From a virus, in the IMG/VR virus record IMGVR_UViG_3300036828_000363, positions 1 to 64,000 of that record: a stretch of 64,000 nt of DNA. The stretch is one strand, 5' to 3'. Position 1 is the stretch's first letter. Each line of letters opens with the position of its first letter. A model generated the notes under the pieces. That model did no database searches. It was not told where the DNA came from and was given only the letters and a program-made list of their open reading frames with translations. The position numbers and the translations under genes were made by a program. Shown in pieces: positions 58,937 to 64,000 of this stretch.

Positions 58937-61900
58937 GTTTATTCGCCGTCAATCTCGATTCTAAGGTTGTACCGTTTGCGGTAGCTTTGCATGAAGGTCT
59001 AGAGACAGTTGAAGGTTTAAAGGCAAGGACTAAAGCAATGTGCTTTAGGATTGTTGCGAAAGATTACAATGAAGATGAAGCACGTGATGAGCAAGGTAGA
59101 TGGACATCGACTGGTTCGGTTGAACTGTATAGTCCTAATGTAGAGGAAAACCTGACATTTGCTGACGCTCAAAAACGTTTGGGTGGCGCAGATCAAGCAC
59201 GTTTTCGCTCTATCGCGAATGGCATTGATAAACAGTTAGGACTTCAAACGAAGTCACAGAATGCGATTGGTGATTGGAAAGATGGTGCAGAGAATTCTGT
59301 AGTCACTTACGTGAAACCGGGAATGGACTTTGACACCGTTCGGTATTCAACTGTCATCAAGGGACTATCAGCAAACCAAAAAGCAGTCGTCGCGTTCAAC
59401 GTTCAACCCGGTGGTGAGGATTCCATATACCACTTTCACACAGACGGGAAAGCAAACGATGTACGGAACGTTTTAGATGTTAATGGATTGAGTTTCCGCA
59501 CATTGGTTCCGGTAGAGAGTGGAACTGATGTTGTGATCTTTGATCCCGGAAGAAAACTACAAGCGAATGTAGAGAAGGTAGCAGAGCATTATGGGACGCA
59601 AGTTGATCAATACGACGGAAAAGGCGAATACATCGGCGGAGACACCAGAGCAGAAGGTGCAAAGCAGTTTAAAGGAATCATCAAGTCCTACGAGCAGTCG
59701 CATACGCAACGTTACGTCGAACCAAAAGGGCGCCGCATGGCAGCTCTTAGGCGTGCCTACGACGAAGCCCGACTCCAAAAGCGACAGCTAATCATTCTCG
59801 GTAAATACTCCGAAGAGCAAGAGCGAGTACCCGCAGGTTCACCAGAAGGTGGACAGTTCGGTGCTGCGTGGGCGATGAGTCGCGATGAATACACGGGTGG
59901 ATGGAAACCCGATGAGACGGATGATCAAAGACAGGAACGGCGCGACAAAGAACAAGTCTGGGAACAAAAAACACTTGCCGCAGTTTCAGAAGGGAAACTA
60001 GACCCAGCAATGGCGGAGGCGCGTGGTGCAGGTCTCAATGTATCCGGGAAAGTTTTTCAACCACTTCCTGATGTGCCTTTGTATCACGTTACTACTGCCG
60101 CAGATGCTGTTATAGCAGACGGTCTCAAGTCTAGGTTCGAACTAAACATGGGACAAGGAACCGGATTAGGTGGTGGTGATGACAAGAGCATAAGTTTCGC
60201 AGCTGATCCAAAAATTGGTGGTGAAATTCGTGATGCTATGTTAGAAGCTCACGATGTCGCGAATGGAAAAATCTCAGTTCAGGACATGCTAGATCAAGCA
60301 GCGAAAGGTGAAGGCACGCCTAGTCCTTATTTGACGAATACTGTTCGTTGGGGTAGTGCTAATCTTGCTGGTAGTCCTGATTGGAATCCGGGTGATCCAT
60401 ATCCAATGGGATTAGACGCTTTGATTCATGGTAATGAATTGAGTCCAACTAAATTTGGTGGATACTCAGAAGAAGATATGCCCGGTTGGACTCCGCGCAA
60501 AGACAGTTATAGTTGGATGGGTGGCGATGGTAAGATGCGCTACAATACTTTCGAACGACCAATGAGCGCAGAACAATTACGCAGTGATACATTCGACTTC
60601 TACAAAACGTTTTCCGCAGTCAGAGAAGACGCGGGTGGCAGACTTAATCCACTTTTCTTTTCCTCAGACCTAAAGGCGTTTGCCGCGACTCCCAAAGATC
60701 AAATTCAGCTATTGGAGTTCAAAAAGCAACCCGGTGCTATGGGTGTTAGTTTGTCTGCTGGTGGTTTGGGTGAATGGCGTACTTATAGTGGTAAGGCAGT
60801 CAAGTATGTAGGTCGGGTGACTAAAGCATCGTTACCAGAATTAGTCAAAAAGTTCAACGAGCGTTTCTTGATGGAGTTCGGAAAGGCGTTCGTATTTCTA
60901 CCTGAGCTATCAAAATACTCAGAAGATCAAGCACGAGTACCAGCGGGTTCACCAGATGGCGGACAGTTCACCAGTGGTGAGGGTGGAGTTAGCTTTGACC
61001 CGAAGTCAGATCAGAAGACTATTGAAGCATACAAGAAAGAAAGTGGTTGGGTTCCATCCCGCTCAACGCTTCATGAGAAAATCATCAATAGTGATTTAGC
61101 TGGAAAGGAACCTATAAGTGATCCACCAGTCGCGACAATCTTAGGTGGTGGAACCGCGTCAGGCAAATCTAGCTTATTTAGGGAGATGAGTAAAAACCCG
61201 AATGTAGTTCACATCGATTCTGATGACGTGATCAAGCAATTACCAGAGTGGGAAAAGCTTAGGATGGTTGATCCTCAGAACGCGGCACCCCGTTTGTATG
61301 ATGAAGCGAAAGTCGTGTCCAAAGACTTGCTTGGGCGATCAGTTTCTCGGAACTTAGACTTGATCTATAACGGAGTGGGTTCAAAACCTACTACTTTAGC
61401 GATGGTGAAGACACTTAATGATGAAGGGTACAAAGTCAATGTCGCATATGTTGACCTTCCGGTAGATACTGCTATAGAGAGAATGTTTAGTAGGGCAGCT
61501 AATCCAAACGATGCGGATTTTGGTCGTCTCGTTCCACTGGAATTAGTCAGATCGAGCAATCAGGGTGCTGCGGAAAACTTCATGAGGTTGAAAAACATGA
61601 ATGAAGTCAGTTCCGCGACTCTGTATAGCAATATCAATAGACCCCGGACTCTAGTCTTCACCAAAGAAAATGGCAAAGAGACTATTCACGATCAGAAGCT
61701 ATGGGATGACTTCGTCAAGAAGACATCGGGGATGAAAAAGGCTGCTGACAATCGGAAGTACGAAGATGAGCACGACATTTTCTCTGAACCAGAAGATGTA
61801 GAGGACTTGAAGCGTTATATCGAAAAAGAAAAGCAAAGACTAAAAGACAAAAAAGACAAAGGCAAAGAAAAAGAAGCGAAGAAAGTTTACAAGTCAGTTG

Positions 61901-64000
61901 ATCCTGCTACCGGAGAGGTAACACACAAGTTCGGACTAGTTCAGGTGATCATCCCGCAGGATTCGGACGTAGCACTTGGACTAAAAACGATTCAAGAACT
62001 AATTCCGGATAGCGACCTAATGGGTGAAGGGAAAGAAGACGAACCACATGTAACCGTTCGCTATGGAATACTACCCGGTGCTGACATATCTAAGCTACGT
62101 GATTACCTTGCTTCAGTTCAACCGTTTGAAGTGACCACTGGTAAAATCACTGCCTTTTCCCCTAGTAAGAATTCAGACTGGGCGTGTCCATTAGTAGTTG
62201 AGATAGATTCCAGTCCGACGCTCACTAAGTACTCCGAAGATCAAGCAAGAGATGATCATGGTAGATTCGCAAGTGAAGACGGAGCGCCATCGACAGATAA
62301 ACCAGTTACGCTGGTATTCAGTGGCACTTTCAATCCGCCTCATATGGGACACGTACAAGCTGTCACCGACGCGCTCAATCACATGAAAGACAATGGCTAT
62401 GATGTCAAGAATGTGGTTGTGGTTCCCGCGCCACAGAGATTAGTCGATAAGAAGTTAGGTGATAAAGCGTATCCATTGGATGAACGTGTAGAGCTTGCTC
62501 GTCGTACATTTACAACTGACACGGTCAACCATCCTAACGTTACTGTAACTGGGGAACCATCTGATGCCGCAGACAAGTTGGAAGGAAAACTAAAGCGTAC
62601 ACACACCGCAGATTTTCTGCAATCGAAATACCCAGATACTTCCGTGGTCACTATCACTGGTGAGGATTCCGCGCCAGGCGCGAATCCACCAAAGGCACCA
62701 GCTCTATACTCCGGTGACAAAGGAACGAGTCACGAAGGGCACTATTACTTCAACGCGCCACGCGCAACAGAAGGCGGTTTCAGTTCAACTGCAATTCGTA
62801 ATGCAATCCGCGAAGGTAAAGAGTTACCAGCGGGTACAATGCATCCCAACGCGGTTAGCTATCTTCCGTCTCTCTTTGAGCACCACCCCGGTATCAAGAA
62901 GGTTCTCAAATACTCGGAAGATCAAGCACGAGATGATCATGGAAGGTTCGCGAGCGAAGGTATTGCCATAGACAAAGTCTCTGAGTTGAATAGTAGTCAC
63001 GCACGTGGCCCGGAAGACAAAGAATTGAAGGGATGGGCAGAAACTTATGCTCACTTTCAAAACTCGAAAGACCCGAGAGAACAAAATGCCTACAACGCAA
63101 GTATACTCGGTGAGCATATTTCCGAAGAATTGATGGAACAACAACATTGGGAAGATGAGCATCCCGGCCCGCGTGGTACACACGTTCTGATTCTCAAGGA
63201 TGATAAAAATACCATTGTAGGCGCGCTACAAACATATGATGGTAAGAGGGACGAACCATATACCGTGTCTTACCTCGCAACTAATCCTAAAATTATCATG
63301 GGCGATATGGCATACAAAGGTGTTGGTACTACACTCATGATTAAAGCTGCAAATGACGCAGCCGCATTAGGTAAGGGAGTAGAGCTTTATGCGCTTGAAG
63401 GTGCCGAAAGCTTTTATTCCAAACTGGGTATGGCGCGTAGCGTGACTAACATTGGACAGGTTAAGTTTAATTGGACACCGGAACAAGCTGCGTCTTTTGC
63501 GAAGCATGGTATGACTAAGTTCACGCAAGATGAAGTTAGGAAAATGATAGCTGCGGCAATAAAAGAGGAAGAGACTACACCGCCACTCGCGTCGATTCCG
63601 GAATCTAAAAAACTTGGTAAGTACTCCGAAGATCAAGCGAGAGACTATCATGGAAGGTTTGCGAGTGAAGACGCGACTCCAGAAGAGCATGACAATCATT
63701 TAGCATCCACTCCAATAAAAACCATCTCTACTCTGGGCGGTGGAGTCACTGACACTCGCATGGTTAATTTTGAAGATGGTACCAAAGGTGTATTTAAACC
63801 GGACAGTGGCGAGTCTAAAGGTCAACGCTTTGACATCATGGAAGGTTATCAGTCAGCGCGTGAGGCGGGAGCATGGGAAGTCGCGAAGGCGGTTGGGTTA
63901 ACTGATCTAGTTACGCCTGCTATCGTTCGTACCATTGATGGAGAAAAAGGTGTGGTACTGGAATGGCAGAATGGAGATATAGCTCGGAACTTGACCAACA
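58933..64000 (+). CDS. giant polyvalent protein (at least 1689 codons, runs off window): ART-like, zeta-toxin-like kinase, partial 2H phosphoesterase, NadD-like nucleotidyltransferase, GNAT, PI3/4-kinase-like
   Basis: hand translation shows no stop from ATG 58933; LYHVT..GL..GEWR; GGGTASGKS..IDSDD..GRLVP; PHVTVRYG; SGTFNPPHMGH..GED..SSTAIR; YKGVGT.LM..FYSKLGM; LGGG..GVFKP..RE..AW. Confidence 0.85.
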   Translation, partial: MSLFAVNLDSKVVPFAVALHEGLETVEGLKARTKAMCFRIVAKDYNEDEARDEQGRWTSTGSVELYSPNVEENLTFADAQKRLGGADQARFRSIANGIDKQLGLQTKSQNAIGDWKDGAENSVVTYVKPGMDFDTVRYSTVIKGLSANQKAVVAFNVQPGGEDSIYHFHTDGKANDVRNVLDVNGLSFRTLVPVESGTDVVIFDPGRKLQANVEKVAEHYGTQVDQYDGKGEYIGGDTRAEGAKQFKGIIKSYEQSHTQRYVEPKGRRMAALRRAYDEARLQKRQLIILGKYSEEQERVPAGSPEGGQFGAAWAMSRDEYTGGWKPDETDDQRQERRDKEQVWEQKTLAAVSEGKLDPAMAEARGAGLNVSGKVFQPLPDVPLYHVTTAADAVIADGLKSRFELNMGQGTGLGGGDDKSISFAADPKIGGEIRDAMLEAHDVANGKISVQDMLDQAAKGEGTPSPYLTNTVRWGSANLAGSPDWNPGDPYPMGLDALIHGNELSPTKFGGYSEEDMPGWTPRKDSYSWMGGDGKMRYNTFERPMSAEQLRSDTFDFYKTFSAVREDAGGRLNPLFFSSDLKAFAATPKDQIQLLEFKKQPGAMGVSLSAGGLGEWRTYSGKAVKYVGRVTKASLPELVKKFNERFLMEFGKAFVFLPELSKYSEDQARVPAGSPDGGQFTSGEGGVSFDPKSDQKTIEAYKKESGWVPSRSTLHEKIINSDLAGKEPISDPPVATILGGGTASGKSSLFREMSKNPNVVHIDSDDVIKQLPEWEKLRMVDPQNAAPRLYDEAKVVSKDLLGRSVSRNLDLIYNGVGSKPTTLAMVKTLNDEGYKVNVAYVDLPVDTAIERMFSRAANPNDADFGRLVPLELVRSSNQGAAENFMRLKNMNEVSSATLYSNINRPRTLVFTKENGKETIHDQKLWDDFVKKTSGMKKAADNRKYEDEHDIFSEPEDVEDLKRYIEKEKQRLKDKKDKGKEKEAKKVYKSVDPATGEVTHKFGLVQVIIPQDSDVALGLKTIQELIPDSDLMGEGKEDEPHVTVRYGILPGADISKLRDYLASVQPFEVTTGKITAFSPSKNSDWACPLVVEIDSSPTLTKYSEDQARDDHGRFASEDGAPSTDKPVTLVFSGTFNPPHMGHVQAVTDALNHMKDNGYDVKNVVVVPAPQRLVDKKLGDKAYPLDERVELARRTFTTDTVNHPNVTVTGEPSDAADKLEGKLKRTHTADFLQSKYPDTSVVTITGEDSAPGANPPKAPALYSGDKGTSHEGHYYFNAPRATEGGFSSTAIRNAIREGKELPAGTMHPNAVSYLPSLFEHHPGIKKVLKYSEDQARDDHGRFASEGIAIDKVSELNSSHARGPEDKELKGWAETYAHFQNSKDPREQNAYNASILGEHISEELMEQQHWEDEHPGPRGTHVLILKDDKNTIVGALQTYDGKRDEPYTVSYLATNPKIIMGDMAYKGVGTTLMIKAANDAAALGKGVELYALEGAESFYSKLGMARSVTNIGQVKFNWTPEQAASFAKHGMTKFTQDEVRKMIAAAIKEEETTPPLASIPESKKLGKYSEDQARDYHGRFASEDATPEEHDNHLASTPIKTISTLGGGVTDTRMVNFEDGTKGVFKPDSGESKGQRFDIMEGYQSAREAGAWEVAKAVGLTDLVTPAIVRTIDGEKGVVLEWQNGDIARNLTN

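Noticed and set aside
59480-63699. Short ORFs listed by the track in the last 5 kb
   Set aside because: They are shadows of the single long + frame ORF starting at 58933.
1-64000. Apparent excess of CGCG and CCGG words linked to DNA modification
   Set aside because: Visual impression only; it needs k-mer observed/expected statistics that could not be computed here.

Overview
A 64-kb segment of a large tailed bacteriophage genome, using the standard genetic code and mostly on the + strand. In order: (i) a Ro60/TROVE gene preceded by an array of eight Y-RNA-like ncRNAs that carry differently permuted tRNA modules, plus a tRNA-Met(CAT); (ii) a replication, recombination and nucleotide-metabolism block (primase, sigma-like protein, sliding clamp, UDG-PolA fusion, clamp loader, SSB, RecA, resolvase, class II RNR, SbcCD, DnaB-like helicase) interleaved with a full 7-deazaguanine DNA-modification gene set (folE, gat-queC, dpdA-like, queD, queE), two HNH endonucleases and likely counter-defence genes (Tad1-like, NADAR, MazG-like, Nudix); (iii) a divergent early region with near-consensus sigma70 promoters, several driving leaderless genes; (iv) a solo RAMP/Cas7-like gene linked to about 32 non-coding units with 6-nt periodicity (GAA + [GTY-NN-A]n), whose variable positions read like codons of protein-coding DNA, a candidate RNA-guided system with a non-contiguous code; (v) packaging and head genes (terS, terL, portal-ParB fusion) and a polyvalent ORF of at least 1689 codons that runs off the window end and is missing from the ORF track. 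All protein calls come from motif recognition by eye; no database searches were run.
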